From contig OU015567.1 in the NCBI GenBank assembly GCA_907165135.1, positions 5,022,001 to 5,086,000 of the forward strand: a DNA stretch of 64,000 nt, read 5' to 3'. Source of the DNA: Oikopleura dioica (taxonomy: Eukaryota > Animalia > Chordata). Below the pieces are notes generated by a model. It did not search any database. It was given only the letters and a program-made list of their open reading frames with translations, and was not told the origin of the DNA. The position numbers and the translations under genes were made by a program. Shown here one piece after another: positions 1 to 12,835 of the stretch. Within the stretch, counting starts at the first letter, position 1; each line of letters begins with the position of its first letter.

Positions 1-683
1 AGCTGAACTTCCGTCGCCGATAATATCGTCGCCTTGCGCTCGAGTGGAGCATTTCTTTCTCGCGGCTCGCGAGCGCCACCTGAGCGAAATCGAAAGCGCG
101 AGCGGCGCGCAATTCGGGACAAGGGCGCCACAAAGGTGTGCGAGGAAAAATGCGAACTAAAGATGCAATCTTTTTTTTCGGTTTTTCGGTCAAAAATTTA
201 TCTTCAAGATTTCGACTCGAAAACCGAAAAATGAATTTATTTCTTGAAATTTATCCCAAATATTGTTAGAAGCGCTCTTACTGTTTGAATATATTCTAAA
301 CCCAAATAAACACTTGTTTTTGTCACTAAAAATCGTGTTGTTCTAAAAATAGAACATCGATCTGAGCTTGAATCAAGATGCTTGATATTATCAAGTTTGA
401 ACAAGAATTAAAGAAAAAATGCAGAAAAAAATGATCAAAGGTGAACATGATTTTTTTCACCAAAAAACAACAATTTTAGAATTTTTTTTTTTTTTGAAAT
501 GAAATGGTCATTTTTGATGAAATCAAAAAAATGCGCCTTTTTTCAAAATTTTTCCTTCTTTTATTCATTTTGTTTCCATGGAAACGAAAAATAAAACAAG
601 AATGAAAAAAAGCATGAACCAGCGATTTTTTCATTGATCAAATAATTGCTCAAACTTTTTTTCCTCCAAAAGTTCCTCTAGAG

Positions 684-3600
684 ATGGTTGACGCAATAAG
701 CTTGATTGACAGTATGAGCCAGGACTTTATCGACGGTGAGAGAATCACTTTTAAAGAAAAAATGAGAAAAAATTGCTAGATGAAAGTTTGGCGCAATCGA
801 TGTCGCTTCCTGGCTTCGGTTCCGAGAATGAATTAGAGCTGTTATCGAATGATGAGAGCCTGAATTTGGCGGATTTTGGAGACACTTTCGAGCATCCGCT
901 TGAGAGAACGCTCTTTGAAATAGAAGACGACCACGGAATCGATGCTGCAATTCAACGTGTCACAATTTGTAACATTATTTACGGTAAGCGTAAAAATTAA
1001 TTTTATTTTCAATTTTTTATTATAAAAAAGTGCTTCAATTGAAAAATTTTAAGCGTCAAACATGCTCTATTACATGCTAGTCTCTTTTTGTGAAATAAAA
1101 TATATCAAATTTTTTTCTTTCGAGTCGAAAGTTCCATTCTTTCTTCGAAAAGCCGCTTGCGGCTTCGCGCCTCGAAGAAAAAAGCCGCGCAAAGCGCGGC
1201 TAAAATCTTTTTCTCCGAGCCGCAAGCGGCTTTTCGAAGCAAGAATGGAACTTTTGACTCGAAAAAAAAATTTGATACATTTTATTTCACAAAAAGCGAC
1301 TGAAAAGAGAGTCGTCATAAATCTGCTTTTTTTAATCTCCCTTTTGAAAATAGCACTTTTGCTTAGCTGAAAGTCGCGTAAAATCAGCAACAGTAATAGG
1401 ATTATTGCAACTTCGCACACGCGTGAAAACACTGCCACCGAGATAACAACTGTTTCCGAAGCGTGCCCTTAATCTTATGTCGCCAATTCCGTCTAAAAAT
1501 TATTTTCTTCTTTTCAGGAAAAACAGTTGAAACTGCTGATGCCATGGCGAGACTCTGTTTTGCCTACCAAGATGCTGGTTTTCACGAACAAGTTCAAAAG
1601 CATCTGCTTTTGCTTAAAGCTGCCGCGGAGGTTCGTTCCTTAGTAGAAAGCTGAGTCATCGTATGAAAAATCATTCGGACTTTTGAGTCGAAAATTAAAG
1701 AGTCGAGAAGCCGCTTGCGGCTTCGAGTGAAGAAAAATGGGGGTGACCCTCCCAATCCCGGGGTTTTCGGCATAAACCCCGGGATTCGGAGGGTGGTCAT
1801 TTTTGATGCTTCTAGAACGCCCCAATGAGTATAGGATTTGTTTTTCAGTGGTCCCTCACCTAACCCTAACCCAATTAAGGAATCAAATAAAAAGATTATT
1901 ACAAATTATTAGATTTTTCTTAGACGAAAATTGCATTCGGGGACTAATCCTAACCCTTTTTTGAGAATATTTTTACTTTTTAAATTAATAAAAAATAACA
2001 CTAGAGCGTTTCTAGAACATTTCGGATTTGACCCTCCGAATCCCGGGGATTCGCAAAAAAACCCCGGGATTTGGAGGGTACCCGAAAAATGGAGCCGCGC
2101 TCCGAGCGGCTTTTCTTTTAGGAGCTAAAACTTAGCCGCAAGCGGCGTCTTGATTAATTTTAATTTTCGACTCAAAAGTCCGAATGATTTTTCACACCAT
2201 GACTCAGGTTTTCTACACAGGCTGCAGAGCCTAGAAACCGGTTCACTTTGAACTTGGTGATTTTGGATGTTTAAATTTGTTGTAATTAGGGTCGACCGGG
2301 AGCTAGAATGGAGAGTGGATCGGGAAACGAGCTCGTCAAGGCAAAAATCGATCTCGTCGCGGCAGGCCATTTCCGTCACAAGAATGATTTTCAAAGATAA
2401 GGAATGAAAGAGCTTTTCGACAAGTCAAATACAAAAACCATTTGTAACGATTTTTGGAACTCGGAATTCAGGAGAAAGAGGAGAAACTGTGTCTCTTTCC
2501 AGCGTTATGCGAATAGATAAACGTACTTACCTTAAACTCCGTTCGTACAAAACAGGATGTGATTTTTTTTCATGCACCGAGCGGATGGTCGATTTAATTT
2601 GTCAGAACAGAAAACGCTAAGCCCTTAATTGACGAGACTTTATTTAACGAAAAACAGGATCAACCACGGAGCCCGCTTTATTTTGCTTATAAATTAACAT
2701 TTTACCCGCTGACTTGTTCTATTTCTTCAAAAAAAAATTTAACATAATCAAGCTGGTTTTCTCAAGACAAAGCGTTAATTTAGCGGAACATACTCTCAGC
2801 TTTTTTTTTTGAAATTATGCGAGCCAAAATATTCATTACAGAAATCAATTTTTGTATAGAAACAAAAGATCAAAATAAGAACCAAAAAAGCGAGTTTCGG
2901 GATTATTTCTTCATAAATTCTGGATTCGAAAAGCTCGATTTTAGAGCGCTAAAGCATGTGGAACGCGCGAAACGGCGACTTCCGCGAGACCTCGATCATG
3001 ATAAAGCTGACAAGGCGAGAGCAAGGATTGAAGACATTCTTCTTCAAATTTACAAGGCTCAGGTACCCCCTTCTTTGTCGTTCGAAAAAATCGAGTGAAA
3101 ATTGCATTTTGAAAATCAGAAATTAGCATTTTCGGCATCAGGTGGACCTTTATCTTTCGAACGCAGCTTCTTTTATCAAAAGGTCGAAATTCATTTATTC
3201 AAATGCACTTATAAAGTGCTGCCTTCAGAATTGTTGACGTGGTATTTTTAAAACGAAAACCCTTTTTTTCCACGATTTTAAAACTGACCTGGTCAAAAAA
3301 CAGTTAACCTTAGCCGGTGCACCATCTATGGAACAGGGGTCAAAGAATTACGTCTCCCACCGAAGTGATTTTGAGTTTCGAAAAACGGGTGAAACTGTAG
3401 GGCTATTTATCGATAAGCTACCCTTAGGCTACCTTTCGACTACCCTTGGTTAGGGTTAGGGTTCGGAAAAAGGCTTGTTTTGAGAATAACTGCATGCACC
3501 ATGTATGGTGCATTGCTTCAATGGCGCCGACACCACTGATGGTGCTTTTGGCCGGTAGGCAGTATTTTTCGCCGAAAAATTCGTCGAATAGTCTCCCTCT

Positions 3601-6600
3601 TCGAATAGGAAGACTTTACCTGATGCTGAAACCCAAACCTTAATCCGCACCCAAACCCATACCCAAACTAAAACCCAAACCCGAACACTAACGAAGTACC
3701 CAAAAACAAACCCAAAGACGTACGTTACGTACGGTACGTAATAGACTTTGAGTTGAATTTTTCAAGAATATAAGCAGGTGATGCACCACTCATGGACCAC
3801 TCATGGTGCATTTGGCCGGTAGGGTCAGAAATGACATTTTGGCCGGCTACGGTTAATCGACTTCAATGAATTTAGAAAAAAAAAAACGAACAAATGTTGA
3901 AAACCAAAAAAATGCTGTTTATTGAGGTTTCAAAGTGGCTTTTTAAACTTGATCTCGAATCCGTTACTTAGAAACGGTTATTGCAAAATCCGAATTAATA
4001 TTTTAGGGAAACAACACAGAAGTGGTGAAAATTCTGGATAAACAAAGAAAAAGACAGAGCGATTTTGATGAAGTAGTAAAACTTTGGTTGGAAAGAGCTG
4101 AATTCGTGGACGATAAAATTGGCGATTTGCAAGAAGCGCTAGAATATGCCCAAAAGGAAAGTGTTGAGCTTGATTCTAGAGGCATTCTAGACCGAAATTC
4201 TAGAGTTCGCTTGAATCGAAAAGCCGCTTGCGGCTTCGAGTAAAGAAAATTTGAGCCGCACTTCGCGCGGCTTTTCTTTTAAGGGTACGGGTATCGATTT
4301 TCTAAAGGGGTTTATATTGCCTGTACGACATTTATTATGTCGTCTATTGAATTCTACGCAAAATTCTGCGCATTTTCGTTATTTAATGCAAGCTGCTATC
4401 ACTTGTCGTTTTCGAGATATAAGCGCTAGAATTCCGGTCGAAAAAAATTTCTTGGCTTCAATTTTTATCAATGAGGCCTTTTTTGAAAGCTCAGAGCACG
4501 AGAAACATCATGGTGTTCTTGGTTTTGCTTTAGACAGGATATTTTGGATTATAGAGCCAAAAACGTGAATCTCACTTTCAAAAAATGCAAAAATCGCCGA
4601 GATCAATTTTTCAAAAAATTATTTTCGATGTAAAAGTTTATTCACTCTGAATAAGCTACTGACAAAATTAAGATAAAGGTCCGAACTTTCATATAAAAAT
4701 ATGAAATATGGATGTTTACAGGCTACATTCCTCGGAATACGGCCAGTTTTAGGGCGAATTTCGACCGAGATCAAAACTTTGAGGCGAAATTTTGTTAAAA
4801 AAACCTATGAGGAAGAAAATTTCCTTCTGACAAAATTAAGATCTAGGATAGCTCTTTATTTGGGAATTATTAGAAACCTTCCATCATTTACAGGTTTTCA
4901 GGAATACGGCCTCAAACGTAGCCTGATCGATACCCGTAGCCTTAAGAACTCGAAGCCGGCTTTTCGATTCAAACAAACTCTAGAATTTCCTTTAGCAAAA
5001 GCCGCGCAAAGCGCATCTTTTTTTTTACTCGAAGCCGCAAGCGGCTTCTCAATTCTTTTCTTTTTTCGATCGAAAAACCCGATTTCAGCGGGGCAACTTC
5101 TATTTTTCCTCGTCTACGTTTCATACAAATTTGTCAAAAAATCTTTGACGTGTCGAATTTTCGTTTTTGAAAAAGTGGCCAACACGATTTGGGAGTATTC
5201 GTTGCGAGTTCCGACAGCCGATTGTTTTTTCGCATTCGCCAAGCACCACGTGACCGTTGAGAAGGACTTCCAAAAGGGGCTCAAATACGGATACGACGCG
5301 AGTCAAATTTACGAGGAAGTTTTGGGAGAGAGGAGCAAAAAGACGATTTCAGTAAAAGTGGCCTTGGCGAAAGGAATGGTTCTATAATGCGAAAAAGTGA
5401 CTTGTGCGTCACTTCAAAAGCGGTTTTTAAAAAGGATTCTTAGCTAACCGAAACAAGCCCTGATAAAAAAAATCCCAACTGACAATTGACAGTTGTCGTT
5501 TTCAACTTTTCATCTGTCAAGGGCAATTTAAAACCGCAAATACATGGCCACAGTAATTAGCGGAGAAAATTATCTTGGACTTTACAATTTTTTTTTTCTA
5601 AAACAAATAGATTTTCGGGGAGATATCAGAAATTGCGAGGAATCGCGAGGAAATTCAACCAATCAGAAGCCTGGATTTGGTTTATCGGCCAATTAGCAGC
5701 CGGGTAGCCGCCCACGCAAAATTTATCGAGTTTTTTTTTGTCGGTTCCTGACACCAACCAAGAATTTTTTGAAAAAATTTCGACTCGAAACTCAAATTGG
5801 GAAATAAAATCAAGCCGATTTTCTTCCACGTTGAACGGCTGTGGAGCGATTCTAGAGTAAACATTTCAAGTGGCCCTAATGAGCGATAGACTCGTTAAGA
5901 AATTTCATTTTCGCGCATGACAAACTTTCAAAAACCCAACTTTCGCCAACTCGATCTTGAAACCGGGCAGTTTGTTTACAGTTGTATACCCGCTCGGGCA
6001 GAGTACTGTAGTCAGATCCGTCTGAAGATGGTTTTTCTTCACGATGTAACTTTTCAAATAAACTTGGTTTTTTCGAAGTTTTTGGGGTTTCTTAGACGTC
6101 CGATTTTGCGATCAAAGTCAAGAACCAAGAAAAAAGCACACCTTCTAAATGACGAAAAATCGACCGCCCTGTCTATGCTGTTGAAAAGCCAGAAGAATAT
6201 TGAATTTGCATTTGGGATCGTAAGCGACGAAGCGGCGGAGAATTTCGAGCTCGTCGGCAGGCTGGGCTCCACGGTTGAAAATTTATGTTCAATGCGTCAC
6301 ACAACAACTCGCAGATTCTGAATTGAAAGATGCTAGATGCTAGAATCTTAAACTATGCGGTTGAATGATACGTAAGGGGCGACCGAAGATTTTTGTTAGA
6401 ATTCGCTTTGGTATTTTTTTGACTTGTAAGCAAAAACATAAGGGAATAAAGATGGGTTGCATTTATTCGAATAAAAAGGGGACCCTTTGTTCGTCTTTCA
6501 AATTTCTGCAGGTGTGCCCTTGTTCATTTTTGGGTCACGTCACCTTACCCATGAGTCAGCATTGCTCAACTTTCTTGAAAAACTTGCGTAAACCTCAATT

Positions 6601-7312
6601 TTTCCAGTTTTTTAAATACGAACAAGGGGACGCTTGCAGGAAGTCAGGGGGTGAACAAGGGGAGTCCTTCTTTAAAAAATGAAACAACCGTCTTTTGAAA
6701 GATAGGCTATCTTAGATAGCAAAAAAATCAATCCTATTTCGTGACGAAATAGGATTTTCGTCCCCTTTTCCGTCTTTCATTTTTCGAGTGCGGAAACAAC
6801 CCGTCTAAAGAATTAGCAAAAAGACACATCGGCGCAAACTCGTTTTTCGTAAGCCGATTTTAAAAACATAAGCAACCACTCAAGCAGGGAAATAGGGTAA
6901 AAACTCAAAGTTTCAAACTTTGGAGCTTTTTGAAAAGCATTCATCTGCACAATGGACATCCGGATAAGGCGCTCAAGTCGTTTAATCAAGCTATTGAGAT
7001 CTTTTCCGTCCTGAATCCAAAGCATTCCAGATTGCCAAGGTAGGATTCATCTCGTCTCTGGCTTCGGCAACCTGTGTAAAAACCTGAGTCAGGATTTGAA
7101 GGAGCTCAAATCCGCGGCTCTTATCCTTCTTCAAATCCTGACTCAGGCTTTTACACAGGTCCCCGAGCTGAAATTTTTTCTCTTAGATTCATCTTTCATC
7201 CCTCTTTTTAAGACTCCGAGAGCTAGTGAAATCATTACGTAATCATCCAGACTTCCAAGCCGACGATCCTCAAAACACCACGAAAAATCGCCAAAGCTTC
7301 AAAAACTACTGA
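684..7312 (+). CDS. Multi-exon TPR protein, TTC23/TTC23L-like
   Basis: Joined exons read MVDAISL..., ...AAIQRVTICNIIYG|KTVETADAMARLCFAYQDAGFHEQVQKH (resembles the TTC23 motif RICYG...AEAHVNLAQGY), ...LHNGHPDKALKSFNQAIEIFS (TPR-like) and a last exon ending QSFKNY* at 7312. Introns are filled with MITEs. Middle exons are only partly resolved. Confidence 0.5.
1079..1301. mobile_element. Palindromic MITE, AAGCCGCTTGCGGCTT family
   Basis: About 85-bp inverted arms (agtctctttttgtgaaataaaa... / ...ttttatttcacaaaaagcgact). The core palindrome aagccgcttgcggctt recurs near 1708, 2135, 4220, 5031 and 46670. Confidence 0.8.
1651..2207. mobile_element. AAGCCGC-family MITE with a nested insertion
   Basis: Outer inverted arms ctgagtcat..gaaaaatcattcggacttttgagtcgaaaatt / aattttcgactcaaaagtccgaatgatttttc..atgactcag. 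Confidence 0.8.
1741..2083. mobile_element. Nested Mutator-like MITE (9-bp TSD)
   Basis: TIRs gggtgaccctcc / ggagggtaccc, flanked by direct repeat GAAAAATGG at 1732-1740 and 2084-2092. Confidence 0.75.
3308..3852. mobile_element. piggyBac-like MITE (TTAA TSD, CC...GG ends)
   Basis: TTAA|ccttagccgg ... ccggctacgg|TTAA. Internal ggttagggttagggtt and aaaccc-type repeats. Confidence 0.75.
4283..4941. mobile_element. Kolobok-like non-autonomous element (TTAA TSD, GG...CC ends)
   Basis: TTAA|gggtacgggtatcgat ... atcgatacccgtagcc|TTAA, inserted inside an AAGCCGC-family MITE (about 4200-5060). Confidence 0.75.
7064..7166. mobile_element. Small hairpin MITE, CCTGAGTCAGG family
   Basis: acctgtgtaaaaacctgagtcaggatttgaag / cttcaaatcctgactcaggcttttacacaggt inverted arms. 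Confidence 0.75.
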
Positions 7313-7469
7313 CTTCATGACAAAAAAATAAAGTTCTCTTTCAATTTCTCCAAGCAAAAATCTTTGTTGACAAAATATCAAAGTAGTATCTCAGTAGCGT
7401 AATCTGATCTTCTTAATTATGTCAGAGCAAAGAGCCGTCTCCTTTTTGGTTCTATCAAGAGAGGAAAAC

Positions 7470-8610
7470 ATGAGCGAGGAACAGAGAGCTTCGGTAAGTT
7501 CGACCATCAAAGTCGGGGAAAAGAGGGGTTGCTTCAAAAAAAGACCGGATTTTTGAGGAAATGATATATTTTCGTTGCGTGGAGTGGGATGAGCGAAAAT
7601 TTATAGCCGATAAAAAACCGAATTGTAAACACTTTTATTTTGACAAAAAATGTATTAGCTTTCAATTTGTAGGGCAATGGCTAACCCTAGCAATAAGAGC
7701 CCTGATATATCAAGCGCTTAGTTCAACGATCATTATTTTATTTTCCTAGCTGTTTCTCGGCGGGCGCTACTATTCAAGCTATTTCGACTTGACATGCGCC
7801 CTTTCGCAGTTCTGTTGTTCCACCGAAAACCAACCCGTCCAGCTTCTCGAGCCGTGGGAAATCATCGGCGGCGCAGTTCCAAACAGGTTCGTTAAAAAAT
7901 GAAAGCTTCGACCCCCTTTTTATTTGCACGGTGATGATAAACACAGGTTGAAATCGAAATTAAATCAGAATCAAAATTTGACAATCGAAAAAAAAATTTT
8001 CGGAAAAATGAAAATTTTTGAAATGAAAGTTTATTTTTTAGATATGAATATTGCTGGGTCACGAGCGCCGATACAACGTTTTGGAAAGAAAAGGTTCAAT
8101 TTTATTTTGATGAAAGTTTTTTTGACGAATCAGAAATCAGAACCTTCTGAGAGATGTAACAGTAAGAAACTGTAATGATGCTCTGAGGCAGCTGGAAAAA
8201 TTAATGGTTCAATTTCATGATTATTGGTTTTCATCAGGAAAAGAGGCCTTTTTTCGAGAAAATTGCTAAGAAAAATCGTTTGGTCTCAATTTCATCATCG
8301 AAAATCAGCCCCTTACAGTCGCCTTGACGCCCTTATTGGTCGAATACAACTGCGCAAAGTCTCAATTCTGCATCCCGGGAGAAATTCCCAAACACGTTCT
8401 ACCCGTTGATGAATTTAATACAACAACTTTAACTAATAACTGTCAAGCCGGTAGTTCATTCGCTATCCCTAAAGTGGTCAAAATGAATTTCAGATGTTCC
8501 AATTTCCGGATCAACGACCTCGCAACTGACAAAAAAGGAGCAAACGATCATTTTTAGCATCTTGGGCGCCTTGTTTTTCCTCATTCTTCTTTTCGTTCTC
8601 AGGGTAAGAC
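7470..8610 (+). CDS. Probable multi-exon gene, Cys-containing protein of unknown function
   Basis: ATG...gtaag at 7470 and exon-like frames LFLGGRYYSSYFDLTCALSQFCC... and LLVEYNCAKSQFCIPGEIP.... The 3' end is not resolved. Confidence 0.3.
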
Positions 8611-9170
8611 AACTTGACCTCGGAAAAAACAGAAAAAGAAACAGTATCTCTGAATCAAATTTTTTTCATGAAAAAAAGTCGTTTTTTTCTTTCTAAAATA
8701 TGCGAGAAAAGAAAGCTCCTTCGAATTTTTTGACACGAATTTGGAGATCATGTTTTTCGAGACGAAAAAGAGTGTATTCGAAATTGAGAATTAATTTGAA
8801 ACACGATGACTCTTGAGAAAAATGCATTTTAGAAATCGATCCGTTCATGTTGCTGCAATAGAAGTTGCAATCCCGTCGTGGAGCGGGTCAAATCAGGAAT
8901 GAGCCTTTTTGATATCCTATTTCTCCTCTAAAGAAGGGTTCAAAGCTAAAAATAAGCATCAACAACGGCGAGTCAGCAATCCGTGAAGACCCTTGATCCG
9001 GAGTCCTTCTGAAGTACTGAAGCTGTATTTTGGTAAATAAAGAAAAGAACGGCTGATCCGTGTACTTTTCACTCTTTTTGTTCACGAAAATTTTACACTT
9101 GAAAATGTCATGAACTGAACAAACAGAAAAGCAAATACTTTTTCTTGATTTTTGCGCAAAAGTGTAAGGA

Positions 9171-9296
9171 TCCGACAAAAAAATTCGACAAATTTTGCGT
9201 GAAAATTTCCAACCAATCAGAAACCTGGATTCGGCGCAGCCAATCAGCAGCAGAAAAGCCGCCTACGTAAAATTTGTCGAATTTTTTTTTGTCGGA
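9171..9296. mobile_element. About 125-bp MITE carrying two CCAAT boxes (other copies near 5641-5745, 32725-32855, 58551-58665)
   Basis: Inverted ends tccgacaaaaaaattcgacaaattttgcgt / acgtaaaatttgtcgaattttttttgtcgga. Four similar copies in the window. Confidence 0.75.
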
Positions 9297-9350
9297 GCAC
9301 CCCATTTTTCCGCAAAAATGGGCCGAAAAGAATGTGTCAGGAAGAGTTTA

Positions 9351-10682
9351 TTAAAAGCAAGTGTCATATTTTGCATCAAAAAAAAGTGCTCCCCAGCCAT
9401 TTTGAACGTCCTCAAAAATGATTTCTGGATAAACTCGTATTGAAGAAATTGATTTTTCTTCGTCGAAAACGAATTTCTCGATGCTTTCTTTTCCAATGGT
9501 GAAAATTTCATCTCCAAATCTCAACGAATTTCCCATCAAATTCGGCTTAAAAGAGTTAGAGATTTTCAAATTGAAATTGGTACCTTCCACATGTTTCCGA
9601 CGAGTTTCCATCTATTTTCTTTAAAAAGAAGAACTTGAGTTTGAGGCTCTCCCCATCCACCGATGGCGAGAAGAGAGTCGGTAAACCCGATGCAATGATT
9701 TTCATCATACTCCGCACTAAAAATTCGATGATTTTCGAATTTTCTATTCCTTACAATTGTTTGGGTAGATCCGGCATATTTCTCCATCGCCCAGTTTTGT
9801 CTCTCATCTCGACTTTGTGCTCAGCTCCGAGAGAAAGCCCGCCAACAGCTAGAATTTGCTCGCCGAAATGCCCAATGCAGCCATTTTCGTGGCCAAAGTT
9901 CGAGGAGTGGTGGTCGGAAATCACTTTTTCTCCATCGAAAGATTGACATTTTCGAAAGCCGTTTTCATCCGAAAAACAAAGAAGCACTAGAATTTCCCAA
10001 ATATTCGTCTATTCTATGTTTTACCTTCTGAATCATCCTGCAAAGTAACAAGATTATTTGAATGAAGATGACTGTACTTCAACTGCATCGACAACTCTTC
10101 AAATCTACAGCCGTCCAAGAACGCAATTTTCTTGTTTTTGAATCGCCCGCCAAAAATGTAAAAGATTCCTTGAAAAATCGCCCCTCCAGAAGAATACAAG
10201 TACTGCTCATTATCGTCCGGGAATTTGTAGGTTTTCACTGCTTTTTCTCCGGCTTCAGTCAAAGAGTAAAATTGACTCGAATCTTTGTGTGTTTCCAGAA
10301 CGATGAAGGACTTTTTGACTTCCTTGATTTTCTCAGAGACAGGGTCAATCATCGGAGAAACGAGCATTGTTGGATCGGTAGCGTCGACAATCTCTGTTTG
10401 CGGCGAGTGCTCCTCCCCTGCTGCCACGGATTTCAACCCCTTGGAAATGAAAAACGCAGGAAAAAGAATCGTCGCTATACCAATCAAAGCCGCGATGATC
10501 TTTACACAAATATGCACTCCTTTCAATTTGTCCAGCCAAGGCGTCTTGTTTTCATTTTCTGTTTGAATTTTGATGATAATTTCTCTCTCGTTTTCATTTC
10601 CCTCCTCTTTTTGCGTGAATTTCACTCTTTTTGTTTTTCGATCGAGGCTGTTTTTGTGCGGAAATTCGCCCAGTTTTGGCAT
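9351..10682 (-). CDS. Type II membrane protein with kelch-like beta-propeller ectodomain
   Basis: MPKLGEF..., TM VKIIAALIGIATILFPAFFI, kelch-like blades FYIFGG, ILAVGG, LLAIGG with W-containing spacers. Ends YDTCF*. Confidence 0.7.
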
Positions 10683-11469
10683 TTTCTTTGAAAGAAAAAC
10701 AAGCAAAAGGTAGTCATAAAATGAACAAGTCCCGGTGAGATAGTGAATAATACGTTTTACGCTTCTTTTATGGTCGTTTTTCTTCTGTAAACAAATCATT
10801 ACGATTTTCTCTTTGTCTCTTTTGGCCTAGTTTTATACATTATTCAATTAATTTAATTATTAATAATTTTATTTTAAATAAATATTTTATTAATTATTTT
10901 ATAATAATCATAAATAAAACGCGTATCAAGCGCCACAAAAGCATTCAAATTCTTAAACTCATGGTATCTTTCTTAAAAAAGGAATATTTTAGGGTCAATG
11001 AAAATTTTCTCGATAAATTTTTTGTTTTGAATTTTCGCAAAAATTTACCAAATTTTGGGTGTACCGAATTTTGGGTGCTAACTGTTATTATCAATGAATA
11101 AAACAATTTAAATTTTTTTTAAAAATATAAGTATTATAAATATAATTATTTATTTCATATAAATAAATAAAAAATCGGATTTATCCGAAAAATATATTGG
11201 AAAATCAAGGAAGACTCATCATTTTTTTATAAAAAAAATCTTTTTCTAAAAATAGTCTCCGTGGGCACTTTAGACAAATTCGACAGACGATCTTGAGTAG
11301 TCTGATTGGCATAATTCGCTCATTTCGTGGAGTCTCCTGACCAAGCTTTAATTGCTGAAGGGGGGCTCTAGTAGCTTGTCAAGGCTAGATTTACACCTCC
11401 TCTCCATCGCGCGAAGGTTGAAATTGCAGAGAAAAAACAGCGATGGATTCTTCATCTTCATCTTCCAGA

Positions 11470-12143
11470 TCTTCCGATTACGACTACTACGGCGGTTCAG
11501 GCTCTTCCGATTATCAAGAAATTGATTACACAAAATTGTGCTTTGAAATTTGGGTTTTTCATTTTTCGAAAAAAATTATTTCATAAATTTTCAGCAAGCA
11601 AAAAGCGACGAAGAATGTGCCCGATTATTGACGCTCTTCGGAAAAGTTGTGGAAGAATGGAAGAACTTCGAACAAAGAGACAATTTGACGCACATCACGA
11701 ATATGGAGAAATTTCAACAGCACGTGGGCTGGAACTTGGACAACTGGACGGATTGGATTGAGCTCATCATCATGAGGTTCGTTTGCTACTTTTTGGGAGA
11801 GCCGATGGCTTCCGGATCGGGTGGCGCAGGGCGGCACAATTCAGTATCCCCCGATATTTCAAATTTCAAATTCAGTCTGGTGAGCATCGCCTGCGCAATT
11901 GTCGCTTCTTGTGCGATTCTTTTCAACTGCAATTGGAGAAACGTCCAGAGATTTTTGGATGAGTGTCATGATCCTGACAGGAAGGGTGCCTTTCTCCATG
12001 ATTCCTTGTTGATCTCAAACCATTTTCGTGAACCCGTAAAAAGCACGAATATGACGTATTTATCAGAAAGAAGAGGAACAAATTGCTCGATTTTGGCCAA
12101 CAATGCCAATGCTGTTTACTTATCTCCAACAAGAACTGAATAA
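11470..12143 (+). CDS. 3' exons of a single-pass membrane protein of unknown function
   Basis: ORF 11550-12143 contains helical segments, a hydrophobic stretch SLVSIACAIVASCAILF and short in-frame introns. The start is not resolved. Confidence 0.4.
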
Positions 12144-12835
12144 ATGACAGAAAAAGGTCTCTAGAAAGCAATTTTCGCAGTCATAAAAACCATAAAACGA
12201 CCTTATTGCCCTTAAAATGGCATTTCATGTGTTAAACGCTTGTTTAGTTAGTTCGAAAACACTGAAGTGTCAAATAACTATGTTTAATAAAATTCTATTT
12301 GCAGCCCTGAGGGGCCCATCATCCAATCAACAAAACGAAAAAAAAACTTAATTTTTTCCTTGATTTTTTACCTTGGAATCTCGGTAAATCGATAAAAACG
12401 GCAACAACGATGTGTTACGCGGTGACTTTGATCAATCGACAAATCTGCTGATAATAAAATTTCAGCGAGCGGAATTGTTGGTCGACGAGTCAAATTGGCG
12501 CTATCAGTCACTTTCTGATAGCACCTTCCGCTATATGTCGTTCCGGAAAGTGATAAGTAGCAGTTATAATCGAACGACCAGTGACCCAAAATTCCAGTTC
12601 GTTTCTGTTAGAAAAAAAAAAAAGAAAAAATGCCGGATCGTCGCATTGTGAGTGTTTTAGAGATAATGATGGAATCATTACATAATTGAAAATAATGATT
12701 TTGAACTCAGAAAGATCAAAAGTACAGTCAGGGTTGTCAAATGCGAATGTCGAATTTGATATGATTGTCAGAGCGATCAAGGAAAATACCGCTTTGCGAT
12801 CCTCTATAAAAATCCTGAATTGAAAAAAAAATGTA

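Noticed and set aside
4701-5387. 228-aa ORF as a stand-alone gene or transposase
   Set aside because: It runs through MITE sequence. Only the part near 5175-5300 looks like an exon of the TPR gene, and there is no DDE motif.
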